Shown: positions 29,982-43,248, numbered from the stretch's first letter. The stretch is 64,000 bases of DNA from an uncultured Acidobacteriota bacterium (GCA_963811425.1 CAWERV010000010.1:14072-78071), one strand, 5' to 3'. The notes: a model not told the origin generated them from the sequence alone. Translations and numbers: made by a program.

Positions 29982-31133
29982 CTACGACCGCGGTGGTTGC
30001 GGCGCGGCCAGCCGGTCCCGGATCGCCTTCGCCAGCGGAATCAGCTCCCGCCCCTTCTGTCGCGAGGCGAGGTCGTACGCCTCGAAGAACGCACGGGGAC
30101 CGCCCGCGAGCGCCGCTCGGAAAGCGTCCAGACCGAGGACCTGAATGATGCCGTCCGAAAGAAAGGCCCCGGAGGATGCGCCGACCTGGGCGGCGAACTC
30201 CGGCTTTCGGATCGCCGCCGCAATCTCCACGCGCTGATCGAGATCGCCCTCGGCGGAGACGAGGCGCTCGGCCACCTGATTCATCTCGTCGATCGAGCTC
30301 TTCATCGGCTCTTTGAGCCACACCGACAGGGGAAAGAAGTTCTCGTCGAAGGCGTAGAGCCCGGCCGGGCCCGCCTCCGCCACGACCCGCAACAGCGGTT
30401 CGAGCTGGCCGAGCGCGGCGTCGTGCGTTTGCCACGCGGGAGCGCCGGCCCGATACGCGGTCCAGGCTCTCCGGAACGCCTCTGCCGCGATCAGTCGGGA
30501 GAGGTGCTTGATCTGCTCGGCCGGCGGCGAAGACTCGACATCCGAGAGTGCCCGGGCGAGATCCACCACGACGACCGCGTTGCCGCCCTCGGGTGCCGGG
30601 ATGACGAGAAGATCGGCCCTGCCCGCCAGCCCGAACGTCAGGTCGATCGGCGTCGTGACCGACACCGCAGCCTCCGCCGGCAAGAGCGACCGGGCCCGCT
30701 CGGAGGCGTTCTTCTCGAGCTCGGCCTGGCGCGCCGCGATCATCTTCAGCAGGTTCTCCCAGCGCCCCCGGTTCTCCCGGACCCGTTGAAAGTCGAAGAC
30801 CGCCGTGCGCGACTGGTCGTTGAAGGCAGCCGCAAGATCGTGCTCGAACACGGCCGAGGGCCGATTGGACTCCCGGATCGCGGCGCTCACCGCAGGCAGC
30901 GTTTCGAGGACCGTGGCGGCCGTCTGATCGAACTGGGGCCGCCCCAGGAAGACCAGGATCTGCTGCGCCCCTTCGAGGTCGAGCGGAATCTCGACGCTGC
31001 CGCTCGCCACGGGGGGCGCGTCGTACGGCGCGCGCGAAGCCGCGCTCCCGGGCGCCCCCACAGAAGGCGCGCGCGAGGCCGCGCAGCCGCTCCCGAGAGT
31101 CGCCAGCGCCAGCAAGGCCAGGAGCCGTCTCAT
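29982..31133 (-). CDS. hypothetical lipoprotein
   Basis: Start is M47 of the track ORF (ATG 31133; ATGA overlap with upstream HAD stop): MRRLLALLALATLGSGCAAS (lipobox LGSGC). 383 aa, no recognisable catalytic motif. Confidence 0.55.
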   Translation of the reverse strand: MRRLLALLALATLGSGCAASRAPSVGAPGSAASRAPYDAPPVASGSVEIPLDLEGAQQILVFLGRPQFDQTAATVLETLPAVSAAIRESNRPSAVFEHDLAAAFNDQSRTAVFDFQRVRENRGRWENLLKMIAARQAELEKNASERARSLLPAEAAVSVTTPIDLTFGLAGRADLLVIPAPEGGNAVVVVDLARALSDVESSPPAEQIKHLSRLIAAEAFRRAWTAYRAGAPAWQTHDAALGQLEPLLRVVAEAGPAGLYAFDENFFPLSVWLKEPMKSSIDEMNQVAERLVSAEGDLDQRVEIAAAIRKPEFAAQVGASSGAFLSDGIIQVLGLDAFRAALAGGPRAFFEAYDLASRQKGRELIPLAKAIRDRLAAPQPPRS

Positions 31134-31849
31134 TCGAGGATCGCCCGGAGCGCGCTCTCCGTGTCGGTAAAATCGTCGAAGAGTGCGTCGGGCCTCTCCG
31201 CCGCGAGACGCTCGGGCGACGTCAGACCAGTCGCCACGGCCACCGCCCGCACCCCAATCGAGCGCCCGCACGCCACGTCATGGATCGAGTCGCCGACGAT
31301 GACCACCGACTTTCCCTCGTAACGACGGCCGGTGCGCTCGAGGGCCCGGGTGACCGCGACGGGAGGCAACTCGTACCGATCGGCCGAGTCGCTGCCGAAC
31401 GCGCCGAACGGGAAGTAGTCGTTGAAACCGGGAGGTGCGAGCTTGAGCCGCGCGCCGCGCTCGAGGTTGCCTGTCAGGAGGCCGAGTGTCGCGCGCGGGT
31501 CCGCCGCCAGCCGCGCCAGCAGCTGCGTGATTCCCGGCTTCGGAACGACCGTGCCGGGTTGCAGCTGTCGCTCGAGCTCCGCGAGGTAGAGATTGAGCGC
31601 TCGCGGCAAATCCGCCTCGAGCCGGTCGCGCCCGACTTCGTCGATGACGAGCTCGCGAACGATCTGCGGATCGGTCTTGCCGGAGAAGTCGAACTTGCCG
31701 CGATCCTGATGGTCCGGCGAATACTTCCAGCCGAAAGCCGCTTCGAGCGCCCGCAGGATCGCGTCCCGCGCCACCCGGCCGGCGGAAAGCAGGGTCCCGT
31801 CGATGTCGAAGAGAACCAGGCGGTGGCCGTTTCGCGCGGAGCCGCTCAT
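31130..31849 (-). CDS. HAD family hydrolase
   Basis: 239 aa. LVLFDIDGTLL (motif I DxDGT), motif III GDSIHDV. Confidence 0.8.
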   Translation of the reverse strand: MSGSARNGHRLVLFDIDGTLLSAGRVARDAILRALEAAFGWKYSPDHQDRGKFDFSGKTDPQIVRELVIDEVGRDRLEADLPRALNLYLAELERQLQPGTVVPKPGITQLLARLAADPRATLGLLTGNLERGARLKLAPPGFNDYFPFGAFGSDSADRYELPPVAVTRALERTGRRYEGKSVVIVGDSIHDVACGRSIGVRAVAVATGLTSPERLAAERPDALFDDFTDTESALRAILE

Positions 31850-32739
31850 CGAACCGGATCATATTCAAAGCGCGCCGCATGCCACGCCAGGATGTCGACC
31901 ATGGCGCCTTTCCAGTAGCTCCAGTCGTGGCGCCCCGGCTCGAGAATGACCGTGGTCGGCACACCGTGCTCGTTCAGGAGCGTGCCGACCTGGGCCGCCA
32001 CGCCATCGAGTCCGTAGGCGTCCTCCGTTCCGGCGCGCAGCTCGACCGTAAACGGCGGCTCCGCGAATTGCGACCGGCCGATGATGCTCCAGACATCGTT
32101 GGCGTCGAGTGAGTTGTCGGTCTCGGAATTGCCGAAGACGCGCTTGAGCGTCCAACGGGCGACCGGGCTGTAGCGCGTCAGGTCCTCCCAGGGAAACGGG
32201 ATGAGCGCGCCCGAGAGCGCCGAGACCGACGCGTAGAGATCGGGGTGCTTGAGCGCCGTCTTGACGGCTCCATAGCCTCCCATGGAAATTCCGGTGATGC
32301 CGCGCGCCGTCTTGCCCGGGACGACGCGATAGTGCGCCTCGACCCACTGCGGCAGGTCGTCCACGAGGAAGGTCTCGTACCGGCGTGAGCCGTCATGGAA
32401 GTCGGAGAACCACGACCCCGGCGCGTCGGGAGCGACGATGAGGAACTCCGGGAGGCGGCCGTCCCGCATGCGCGCCACGGCCTCGGCTGCCACGCCCCGG
32501 CGCTCGAGGGTGGCGCCGTCGCCGTACCCGTCGTGCAGGAAGTACAGGACGGGATACCGGCGGGAGGTATCGCGTTCGTACGACGGAGGCCGGATGACGA
32601 GGACCTCCGTCGCTCCGGGAACGCTCGGGGCCTCGACATTCTCGAATCGGGCGCCGGCTGTGGGCGCGGAAGCGCACGCGGGCACCGCGAGCGCGGTCAC
32701 GGCAAAGAGGCAGAGCCTCGCGCCAACGGCCCTTCTCAT
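31846..32739 (-). CDS. alpha/beta hydrolase, putative esterase family
   Basis: Start is M27: MRRAVGARLCLFAVTALAVPACASA (signal/lipobox). YPVLYFLHDGYGDG...GITGISMGGYGA (GxSxG). Confidence 0.8.
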   Translation of the reverse strand: MRRAVGARLCLFAVTALAVPACASAPTAGARFENVEAPSVPGATEVLVIRPPSYERDTSRRYPVLYFLHDGYGDGATLERRGVAAEAVARMRDGRLPEFLIVAPDAPGSWFSDFHDGSRRYETFLVDDLPQWVEAHYRVVPGKTARGITGISMGGYGAVKTALKHPDLYASVSALSGALIPFPWEDLTRYSPVARWTLKRVFGNSETDNSLDANDVWSIIGRSQFAEPPFTVELRAGTEDAYGLDGVAAQVGTLLNEHGVPTTVILEPGRHDWSYWKGAMVDILAWHAARFEYDPVR

Positions 32740-32816
32740 GTTGCGCGGATCATTATGCCGCCCGACTCCCCCAACTTCTCCCGACGCCCCCCAACTTCCC
32801 TTACACTCCTCCTCCA

Positions 32817-33296
32817 ATGCCCGACCTCGACCGGATTCCTCGGGAGCTCCAGGCGGCCCTGGGCGGAGAGGGATTCCGCCGCAGGCGCCGTCTCGTGCTG
32901 CCGCTCCTGACGACGGACCCGGAGACGTTTCCGCGCGTCGCTCTTCTGACGATTGGGGAGGTGCGTGTCCGCTCGCCCCGGGAACTGGCCGTCGCCGTCC
33001 AGGCCGGCAGCCGGACCGCGTTCAACCTCGTTCGCCGGGCCGTCGCCACCCTGCTCTACCTCCACCGCCGGATGACGGTCTCAATCCAGGCCCGCGCGGG
33101 CCGGGGACAGGTGTGCGGCTCTGACCCGGCGCGCCGACTCTTCCCGCTGTCCGTCGAGCGAGTACGTGTCGACCGGCCGAACGCGGCCGAGGGAGACGTC
33201 TCCCTCCTGACCGGCCCGACGTTCGCCGGACCGGGGGCCGACCGGCTCTTTTCCGAGGAGCTCTTTGCCGAGCTCGGAAGGGTCAAGTTCCCATGA
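32817..33296 (+). CDS. hypothetical protein
   Basis: 159 aa with ATG start. Protein-like composition, ATGA overlap with the downstream SDR gene. No recognisable motif. Confidence 0.45.
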   Translation: MPDLDRIPRELQAALGGEGFRRRRRLVLPLLTTDPETFPRVALLTIGEVRVRSPRELAVAVQAGSRTAFNLVRRAVATLLYLHRRMTVSIQARAGRGQVCGSDPARRLFPLSVERVRVDRPNAAEGDVSLLTGPTFAGPGADRLFSEELFAELGRVKFP

Positions 33297-34024
33297 GGTT
33301 CGCGCAGCGGACCGTCCTGGTGACCGGCTCCGGGCGCGGGATCGGCCGCTCCATCGCCGTGCGCTTCGCGCACGAGGGCGCTCGCGTGGCGCTCGTCTCA
33401 CGCACCGGAACCGAGCTCGCGGAAACGGCGCGACAGATCGCGTCGGCAGGCGGCCGCAGCCTGACGATGACCGCGGACATCACCGCCCCCGGCGCCCCCG
33501 AGGAGTGCGTGGCGCACGCCGAGCGGGAACTCGGCCCCATCGATGTCCTCGTCAACAACGCCGGCTACTTCGTCTGGCGGCCGTTCCTGAAGCTCTCGCC
33601 CGAGGACTGGGATCGGGTCATCGCGACGAACCTGACCGCGGCCGCGAGGTTCTGCCGGGCCGTACTGCCTGGAATGGTCGAGCGCCGCAAGGGCCGGATC
33701 GTCAACATCGCGTCCATCCACGGCATGCGCGGAGACGCCAACGTCTCGGCCCAGAGCGCGGCCAAGTTCGGTCTCATCGGTCTGACGCAGAGCCTCGCGC
33801 GCGAATTCCGGGCCCACAACATCGCCGTCAACGCCGTTTGCCCCGGCACGGTCGAGAACAAGAAGGACGAGGGGGACGCCGCCCATACCGAGCCCCTGGC
33901 CGAAAAGCTCTGGCCCCGCGACGTCGCCCGGGCGGTCCTTTTCCTCGCCTCGGACGACGCCGCCGGGATCACCGGCGCCGCTCTCGAGGTTTTCGGCGGA
34001 ACCCACCTGGTGATCCAGCCGTAG
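33293..34024 (+). CDS. SDR family oxidoreductase (3-oxoacyl-ACP reductase-like)
   Basis: 243 aa. VLVTGSGRGIGRSIA, NNAG, SAQSAAKFGLIGLTQSLA (S...YxxxK variant with K), PGTVEN. Confidence 0.85.
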   Translation: MRFAQRTVLVTGSGRGIGRSIAVRFAHEGARVALVSRTGTELAETARQIASAGGRSLTMTADITAPGAPEECVAHAERELGPIDVLVNNAGYFVWRPFLKLSPEDWDRVIATNLTAAARFCRAVLPGMVERRKGRIVNIASIHGMRGDANVSAQSAAKFGLIGLTQSLAREFRAHNIAVNAVCPGTVENKKDEGDAAHTEPLAEKLWPRDVARAVLFLASDDAAGITGAALEVFGGTHLVIQP

Positions 34025-34090
34025 TAGATTCATTGGCCTGCCGAACGGTCGGCCGCAAGCAAGATTCGTTTACGAACGCGGAGGAGGATC

Positions 34091-34860
34091 ATGCGCAGAA
34101 TCCATGGGTTACTGACCCTCTTGGCTCTGGTTGCGTCGCCCGGGCTTGCCCAGACCGCCGACGAGATCGTCGCCAAGTACATCCTGAAGATCGGCGGGAT
34201 CGAAAAGATCGAGGCGATCAAGACGCTGCGCTCGGCTGGCAAGTTCACGGGCGGCGGCGGCTTCGAGGCGAAGGTCACTCAGGAAAGCAAGCGGCCCGAC
34301 ATGGTACGGCAGGACTTCTTCATCCAGGGCATGGACGGCGTCACCGCCTACGACGGCAAGACCGGCTGGAAGATCGAGCCCTGGGAAGGCAAGAAGGACG
34401 CGGAGCCGCTCAGCGAAGAGGAGATGAAGCAGGTCGTGGAGGACTCCGACTTCGACGGACCTCTCGTGCACTACAAGGAAAAGGGTAACAAGGTCGAGCT
34501 CGTCGGGACTGAGCCGGTCGAAGGAACCGACGCTTACAAGCTGAAGGTCACGCTCAAGAGCGGCGACGTGCAGTACTACTTCATGGACACGGACTACTTC
34601 GTTCCCATCAAGATCGAGAGGAAGCGCGTGGTGCGCGGGGCCGAGAGGGAGTCCGAGACCTCTCTCGGCGACTACAAGGAGGTGGCCGGCGTCTACCTCC
34701 CCCACTCCTTCGAGAACGGCACGAAGGGCAACCCCAATCGCGGGAAGATCGTCCTCGACCACATCGACGCAAACGTGCCGATCGACGACAGCCGATTCCG
34801 CCCGCCGTCCGCGGCAGCGCCTGCCGAATCCAAGCCGCCCGCCACGACCGGGGTCTCGCA

Positions 34861-34864
<4 letters not shown>
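34091..34864 (+). CDS. secreted LolA-like / outer-membrane lipoprotein-sorting fold protein
   Basis: 257 aa with AGGAGG SD and signal peptide MRRIHGLLTLLALVASPGLAQT. Mainly beta-rich. Confidence 0.55.
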
Positions 34865-38085
<3,221 letters not shown>

Positions 38086-38106
38086 GACTCGGGCGCCCTC
38101 CGGCCA

Positions 38107-38139
38107 CTTTGACTGGAGGGCGCCGCCACAGGATCCGCT
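38107..38139. terminator. GC-rich hairpin between convergent genes (GGCGCCCTCC-13 nt loop-GGAGGGCGCC)
   Basis: Perfect 10-bp inverted repeat read from the sequence. No U-tract, so a factor-dependent or bidirectional terminator is inferred only. Confidence 0.35.
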
Positions 38140-38166
38140 ACATTCCGAAGCGCGGGTCTCGGACGA

Positions 38167-39186
38167 TTACGAATCCGATCGAGAGCCCTTGCGGACGGCC
38201 CTCAGGATGATTCCTTTCGGGCCGACGGCCCAGCCGACCAGGGAACCCGAAAACGCGACGGCGTTCAGAGACGTCTGGTCGATCGATGCCCAGGTCTGGC
38301 CGGCATCCCGACTCTCGGCAGAGCCGGCCAGACCGACGGCGACGAGCACATCCCTTTCACCGGGAACGGCCACCACGGCCGAGAAGAACCCGGAGGCCAG
38401 AATCGGCGCTGCCGTCCATGTCGTGCCGCCATCTTCCGTGCGCGCGCCGTTCAGTCCGGCAGAGCCCGGCTGCTCGTAGTCGCCGCCGGCCGCGAAGCCG
38501 CGCATCCCATCGAGGAACGCGACGGAGAAGAGCCCCGATGTCGCGTTGCCCGCGGGCACCGGGGCCTGCGCCACACTCCACGTGCTTCCCCGATTGACCG
38601 AATGGAAGATTCGCGAAACCTTCGCGCCGCCGGTGACGAACCAGGCGTCGCTGCCGCCCTTCAACACCGTGAGGCACGTGCCGCTCGCGGCAAACGCTCC
38701 CTCGCCCGGCAACGCTTCCGGCATGGCGGCCCCCGCAATCGCCTTCCACGTCAGGCCTCCGTCTTCCGTGACCCGGATGACGAAGCGCCCGTTCACTGCG
38801 TCGCCGAGGACGAGACCGTGCGACGCGTCCCAGAATGCCACAGCGTCGTAGAAGCCGTCGGGATCGGGGTTCGTGTGGACGAGTGACCACGTGGAGCCGC
38901 CGTCGCCGCTGCGATAGATGCGTGAGGCGTCGCCCTTGCCGGCGCTCATCACGATCACCGTCCGGGCGTCGAGAGCTTCGACGTCCCGGAAATCGAGCGA
39001 CTCGCCGCCGGGAACCGGGAGCCTCTCCCACGTCCGGCCATCGCGGGTGCGCAGCAGGGTGCCGCCCGAGCCGCTCGCCCAGGCGTGGGTCGCGTCGAAA
39101 ACGGCGAGGCCGCGCAGCTGCGCCGTCGAGCCGCTCTGCTGCGGAAGCCACGCGATCGACGCGGCCAGCGCGAGGAGCGCGGTCAC
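38167..39186 (-). CDS. Ycf48-like / BNR-repeat beta-propeller protein (photosystem II stability/assembly factor-like family)
   Basis: 339 aa with signal peptide. Repeated S.DGG.TW blades (SGDGGSTW, TEDGGLTW, SVNRGSTW, TEDGGTTW, SRDAGQTW). Confidence 0.65.
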   Translation of the reverse strand: MTALLALAASIAWLPQQSGSTAQLRGLAVFDATHAWASGSGGTLLRTRDGRTWERLPVPGGESLDFRDVEALDARTVIVMSAGKGDASRIYRSGDGGSTWSLVHTNPDPDGFYDAVAFWDASHGLVLGDAVNGRFVIRVTEDGGLTWKAIAGAAMPEALPGEGAFAASGTCLTVLKGGSDAWFVTGGAKVSRIFHSVNRGSTWSVAQAPVPAGNATSGLFSVAFLDGMRGFAAGGDYEQPGSAGLNGARTEDGGTTWTAAPILASGFFSAVVAVPGERDVLVAVGLAGSAESRDAGQTWASIDQTSLNAVAFSGSLVGWAVGPKGIILRAVRKGSRSDS

Positions 39187-39542
39187 CGGGCCCAGAGCAT
39201 TTTCACCGACACGACGAGCAGGAACACGCCGAACATGCGCCGCAGCGCCAGGTCCGACACGGGCTCGACGAGCTTCGCGCCGAGAAACGCGCCGACGAGC
39301 AATCCCGCGGCAATCAGCGCGGAGTATCCGACGTTGAGGTTCCCGTTCTTCCAGTACACCCAGGCCGACAGGGCGCCGACCGGCAGGAGCAGCGCACCGA
39401 GCGACGTGCCGACCGCCGCGTGTTGCGAGAGGCCATAGAAGAAGACGAGCGCCGGCACGATGATGAGCCCGCCGCCGATGCCGAACATCCCGGCGAAGAC
39501 ACCGGCCAGAGCGCCGACGAGGATCAATCCGGCGGTTTGCAT
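39183..39542 (-). CDS. TSUP (TauE/SafE) family half-size membrane transporter
   Basis: Start is M39: MQTAGLILVGALAGVFAGMFGIGGGLIIVPALVFFYGL...GTSLGALLLPVGALSAWVYW. Confidence 0.65.
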   Translation of the reverse strand: MQTAGLILVGALAGVFAGMFGIGGGLIIVPALVFFYGLSQHAAVGTSLGALLLPVGALSAWVYWKNGNLNVGYSALIAAGLLVGAFLGAKLVEPVSDLALRRMFGVFLLVVSVKMLWAR

Positions 39543-39555
39543 CGCGATGCCTCCT

Positions 39556-40338
39556 TCAGGGGCTCGAGGGGATCGCGAGCCCCGTTTCGTGAATTTCCGT
39601 TCCGGATCGGATCTCCAGCGCCACGTCGGGCGCATTCGTCGTGATGGAGGCGACACCGGCGTCGAGCAGGCTGCGGATCTCGGCGGCCTCGTCGACCGTC
39701 CACGGATGGACGGACAACCCCGCCGAGGCCGCCTGGGCGAGCAGCGCCGGAGAAACCAGGTCCCGCTTGGGGCCGATCGCGTTCACGGGCGGAAAGAGAG
39801 GCGTCGCCTGCCCCGGCGCCGGCAGAGCAACGGGATGATCGAACAGAAAGCTCGTCGCGATGTCCGCCGCCGCCTCGCGCATGCGCTTCAGGAACTCCGC
39901 ATCGAAGGAGGCGACCAGACACCGCGTCGCAACCCCGTAAGCGGCCGCGAGCTTCGCCACGCGGCGCGCCATCGTGCCATGCTGCGCGCCCGGACCGCTC
40001 TTGACCTCGACCACGTAGCGCAGCGCCGAGCCATAGCGGTGAAAGACCTGCTCGAGTCGGGGAATGCGGTACTCGCCGAATTCCGACGGGATCGAGAGCT
40101 TCTCGATCTCGCGCCACGTGAAGCTGCGGACCGGGATGCGCTGCGTCCCGAGCACGACATCGTCGTCGTGGAAGAGAACCGCCTCGCCGTCGCGGGTCTG
40201 GCGCACGTCGAACTCGACCGCATCCACGCCGAAGCTCTCGGCGAAGTCGAGGCTCTCGATGGTGTTCTCGCGCGCTCGGCGGGGAGCGCCGCGGTGGCCC
40301 ACGATCCAGGTCGGATGCGTCTGCTTCCAGTCGCTCAT
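39556..40338 (-). CDS. glycerophosphodiester phosphodiesterase family protein
   Basis: Start is M25: MSDWKQTHPTWIVGHRGAPRRARENTIESLDFAESFGVDAVEFDVRQTRDGEAVLFHDD. Confidence 0.8.
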   Translation of the reverse strand: MSDWKQTHPTWIVGHRGAPRRARENTIESLDFAESFGVDAVEFDVRQTRDGEAVLFHDDDVVLGTQRIPVRSFTWREIEKLSIPSEFGEYRIPRLEQVFHRYGSALRYVVEVKSGPGAQHGTMARRVAKLAAAYGVATRCLVASFDAEFLKRMREAAADIATSFLFDHPVALPAPGQATPLFPPVNAIGPKRDLVSPALLAQAASAGLSVHPWTVDEAAEIRSLLDAGVASITTNAPDVALEIRSGTEIHETGLAIPSSP

Positions 40339-40354
40339 ACAGGGGGAAGGCGCA

Positions 40355-41068
40355 TTATGTACGAGGCCCGACCGACTCGACTTCTTCGAGGATCCGTCCG
40401 AGCGCGGCATCGGGGTCAGGCGCGGCGGTGACCGGCCGGCCGATCACGAGGAGGTCCGCGCCCGCGACGAGCGCGGCAGCGGGTGTCGCGATCCGTTTCT
40501 GGTCCTGCGTCTCGGCCCCGGCGGGCCGGATCCCCGGTACCACGGTGAAGAATTCGGATCCGCATGCGCTCCGGATCGCGGGCAGGTCCGTCGCCGAGCA
40601 GACGACGCCATCCAGGCCGCTTTCCTTCGCGAGGAGGGCGAGCCGCCGCGCGATCCCCTCGGGATGGCCGGCCATCGGGAGATCGGCCAGGGCCCGCGGG
40701 TTGAGCGACGTCAGCAGTGTGACCGCGATGAGCCTTCCGAGCCTCGCCCGGGAAGCGGCTTCGCGGGCCGCTTCGAGCATGGCGCGTCCTCCCGAGGCGT
40801 GCACGTTGACCATCGCCGCCCCGCAACGCGCCGCCGAGGCAACCGCGGCGGCGACCGTCGCCGGGATGTCGTGGAACTTCAGGTCGAGGAAGACCTTCGC
40901 GGCCCCGGTCGACGCCGCTACCTCCGCGACGAGCGACGGCCCCTCGGCGACGAAGGCTTCGAGGCCGACTTTGAGCCAGCCGACGCGCGGCCCGAATCGC
41001 CGCGCCGCCGCGAGGACCTCCGCACGGGTCGGAAAGTCGAGTGCGATGCAGACCCGCTCGCTCCTCAT
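40355..41068 (-). CDS. pyrF: orotidine 5'-phosphate decarboxylase
   Basis: 237 aa. CIALDFPT...LKVGLEAF...FLDLKFHDIPATV...LLVIGRPV. Confidence 0.9.
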   Translation of the reverse strand: MRSERVCIALDFPTRAEVLAAARRFGPRVGWLKVGLEAFVAEGPSLVAEVAASTGAAKVFLDLKFHDIPATVAAAVASAARCGAAMVNVHASGGRAMLEAAREAASRARLGRLIAVTLLTSLNPRALADLPMAGHPEGIARRLALLAKESGLDGVVCSATDLPAIRSACGSEFFTVVPGIRPAGAETQDQKRIATPAAALVAGADLLVIGRPVTAAPDPDAALGRILEEVESVGPRT

Positions 41069-42012
41069 CCCTCGGCTCCGGCTTCTCCACCGACCCGACC
41101 GGTCCGATGGGCGCGCCCGACGAGCTGCGCCGGCGTCATCTTCTTCGCCTCACAGTACGCCGCGAGCTCCGCGACGAGCCGACCCGCGACGGCGGGGTCC
41201 TTGAAGTTCGCCGTTCCGACCTGCACGGCCGCCGCTCCCGCGGCGAGAAACTCGAGCACGTCGGCGAGCTCGGCGATTCCCCCGATTCCCATGAGCGGCA
41301 CGCCCGGCAGCGCCCGGGCGACCTGATAGACCATCCGTATGGCGAGCGGCCGGATGGCCGGCCCCGACAGGCCTCCCGTGCCGAAGGAGATGCGGGGCCT
41401 CGCGGTCTCGGGATCGATCGCCATACCGACGAAGGTGTTGACGAGCGACAGGATGTCGGCGCCCGCCTCGTGCGCCGCGCGGGCGGACTCGACGAGATCG
41501 GGCGCGTTCGGAGACAGCTTCACGATCAGGGGCCGCCGGGTCGCCGCGCGCACGCGGGAAACGAGCGAGCGTGTCAGGGGCGGCGAATTGCCGAAGAGCA
41601 TGCCGCCCTGGCTGACGTTCGGGCACGAGATGTTGAGCTCGATCGCCGCGATGCCCTCCGCACTCTCGAGCGAGCGGACGACCGTCACGTAGTCCTCCTC
41701 GAGATCGCCCCAGACGTTGGCGATGACCGTCGCTCCGAGCGCGCGCAGCGTTGGGAGCTTCTCGCCGAGAAAGGCCTCGATGCCGATGTTCTGCAGCCCG
41801 ATCGCGTTCAGCATTCCGGCTGGCGTCTCGCAAATGCGGGGCGGCGCATTGCCCGCGTGGGGCTTCAACGACAGACCCTTCGTACAAAGCCCTCCGAGGG
41901 AGGCGAGGTCCACGAAATCGGTGAACTCGAGGCCGTAGCCGAAGGTGCCCGAGGCGGTCAGGATCGGGTTCTTGAGTTCGAGCGGCCCGAGCTGCACGGC
42001 CAGGGGGGTCAT
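41065..42012 (-). CDS. pyrD: dihydroorotate dehydrogenase catalytic subunit (class 1B type)
   Basis: ATG at 42012 (track ORF begins at TTG 42021). LKNPILTASGTFGYG...GAIELNISCPN...IVKLSPN...GLSG. Confidence 0.9.
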   Translation of the reverse strand: MTPLAVQLGPLELKNPILTASGTFGYGLEFTDFVDLASLGGLCTKGLSLKPHAGNAPPRICETPAGMLNAIGLQNIGIEAFLGEKLPTLRALGATVIANVWGDLEEDYVTVVRSLESAEGIAAIELNISCPNVSQGGMLFGNSPPLTRSLVSRVRAATRRPLIVKLSPNAPDLVESARAAHEAGADILSLVNTFVGMAIDPETARPRISFGTGGLSGPAIRPLAIRMVYQVARALPGVPLMGIGGIAELADVLEFLAAGAAAVQVGTANFKDPAVAGRLVAELAAYCEAKKMTPAQLVGRAHRTGRVGGEAGAEG

Positions 42013-42053
42013 GGCGCTCAAACGGCCGCCCCGACTCTCCCGCCTTCCACTCT

Positions 42054-42380
42054 TGCCATCCCGAGCGAAGCGCCAATCGTCATCCCGAGGGCCGCGGCCC
42101 CGGGGGATCCCTTTCGAGTCTCGGTGTGGCTACGAAAAGGGATCCCTCGTCGCTGCGCTCCTCGGGATGACAGGGCAGCGTCCTGCGTCGACAAGGCGGC
42201 GTCCCGCGGTGACAGGATAGGGTCCTCCGGCGACAGGGCGGCGTCCTGCGTCGACAGGGCGGCGTCCTGCGGTGACAGGATAGGGTCCTCCGGCGACAGG
42301 GCAGCGTCCTGCGTCGACAAGGCGGCGTCCTGTGCTGACAAGGCCGCGTCCCGTGGTGACAAGGCGGCGTCCCGCGCTTG
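42054..42380. repeat. REP-like element (42054-42172) followed by ~63-bp x2 plus degenerate tandem array of arm-derived ~21-bp units (42173-42380), inside the pyrK-pyrD intergenic spacer
   Basis: GTCATCCCGAGG...CGGGGGATCCCTTTcgagtctcggtgtggctacgAAAAGGGATCCCTCG...CTCGGGATGACA, then repeating gacaaggcggcgtcccgcggt / gacaggatagggtcctccggc / gacagggcggcgtcctgcgtc units. Track ORFs 42018..42362(-) and 42130..42501(-) are artefacts of this array. Confidence 0.85.
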
Positions 42381-42407
42381 CAGGAGGCCTTCCGACGCCT
42401 GAGCTGT

Positions 42408-43196
42408 TCACCACCGGATCTTCTCCGGGCCGAGGATCGGCCCCTCGCTGCACGAGACGATGAACGGCTTCTCCGTGCCCGGAATCACGCATCCCAGGCA
42501 CGCGCCGAAGCCGCAGCCCATCTCGGCCTCGGTCGAGAACTCCGCCGCAACCCCCGCCCCTGCGACGATCTTCGCGAGCGCCGCGAACATCGGCATGGGG
42601 CCGCAGGCGAAGACGCGCACGTAGCGGACGCCCGCCGAGAGCCGCCGGGCGAGCGCCTGCGTCACGAACCCCGGCTCGCCGAGCGATCCGTCGTCCGTCG
42701 TGAGGATCGTCTCGCCCGACACGAGGCCCTCGAACCGCGACTTGAGCGCGAGCTCCCGCGCATTGCGTCCGCCGAAGTAGAAATCGCCGACGACGCCGCG
42801 GCCCGCCAGCGCCTTCAGCAGGGCGGGAAAGGGCGCCGCGCCGATGCCGCCGCCGACGATGGCGACACGCGCTCCCCGCTCCAGGTCCGAGGCCGTGAAC
42901 GTGTTGCCGAGCGGACCGAGCAGTCGTGCCGGCGAGCCGATCGGCATCTGCTCGAGGGCGGCCGTGCCGCGTCCGATCGTCTTCAGCAGGAGCTCGACCG
43001 AGCCCGCCCCACCGTCCGCGTCGGCCACCGAGTAGGCACGGCGCAGGTACGGGCGTATCCGGTCCGGCACGTCCACCATCGCGAACTGCCCCGGCGCGAT
43101 GACGCCGGCCAGGTCCGGGCAGTGGAAGGTGACGGAAAAGAGGCCGGGCGAGTAGCTGTGGCGCCGGAGGAGCGTCGCTCGGTGGTCGGCCTTCAC
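42408..43196 (-). CDS. pyrK: dihydroorotate dehydrogenase electron-transfer subunit
   Basis: 262 aa, GTG start. FAD/NAD-binding RAYSVA, GGGIGAAP, and C-terminal 2Fe-2S cysteines CGFGACLGC...C. Confidence 0.85.
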   Translation of the reverse strand: MKADHRATLLRRHSYSPGLFSVTFHCPDLAGVIAPGQFAMVDVPDRIRPYLRRAYSVADADGGAGSVELLLKTIGRGTAALEQMPIGSPARLLGPLGNTFTASDLERGARVAIVGGGIGAAPFPALLKALAGRGVVGDFYFGGRNARELALKSRFEGLVSGETILTTDDGSLGEPGFVTQALARRLSAGVRYVRVFACGPMPMFAALAKIVAGAGVAAEFSTEAEMGCGFGACLGCVIPGTEKPFIVSCSEGPILGPEKIRW

Positions 43197-43248
43197 CGAG
43201 GGGGCATTCTATTCGAGTCGGGGGTCGGAATCCGGAGGCCTGAGGAGA

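Noticed and set aside
41065-42021. TTG start at 42021 for pyrD (MSAMTPL...)
   Set aside because: An in-frame ATG at 42012 gives the conventional MTPLAVQLGPLELKNP N-terminus. The TTG start is probably over-extension by longest-ORF logic.
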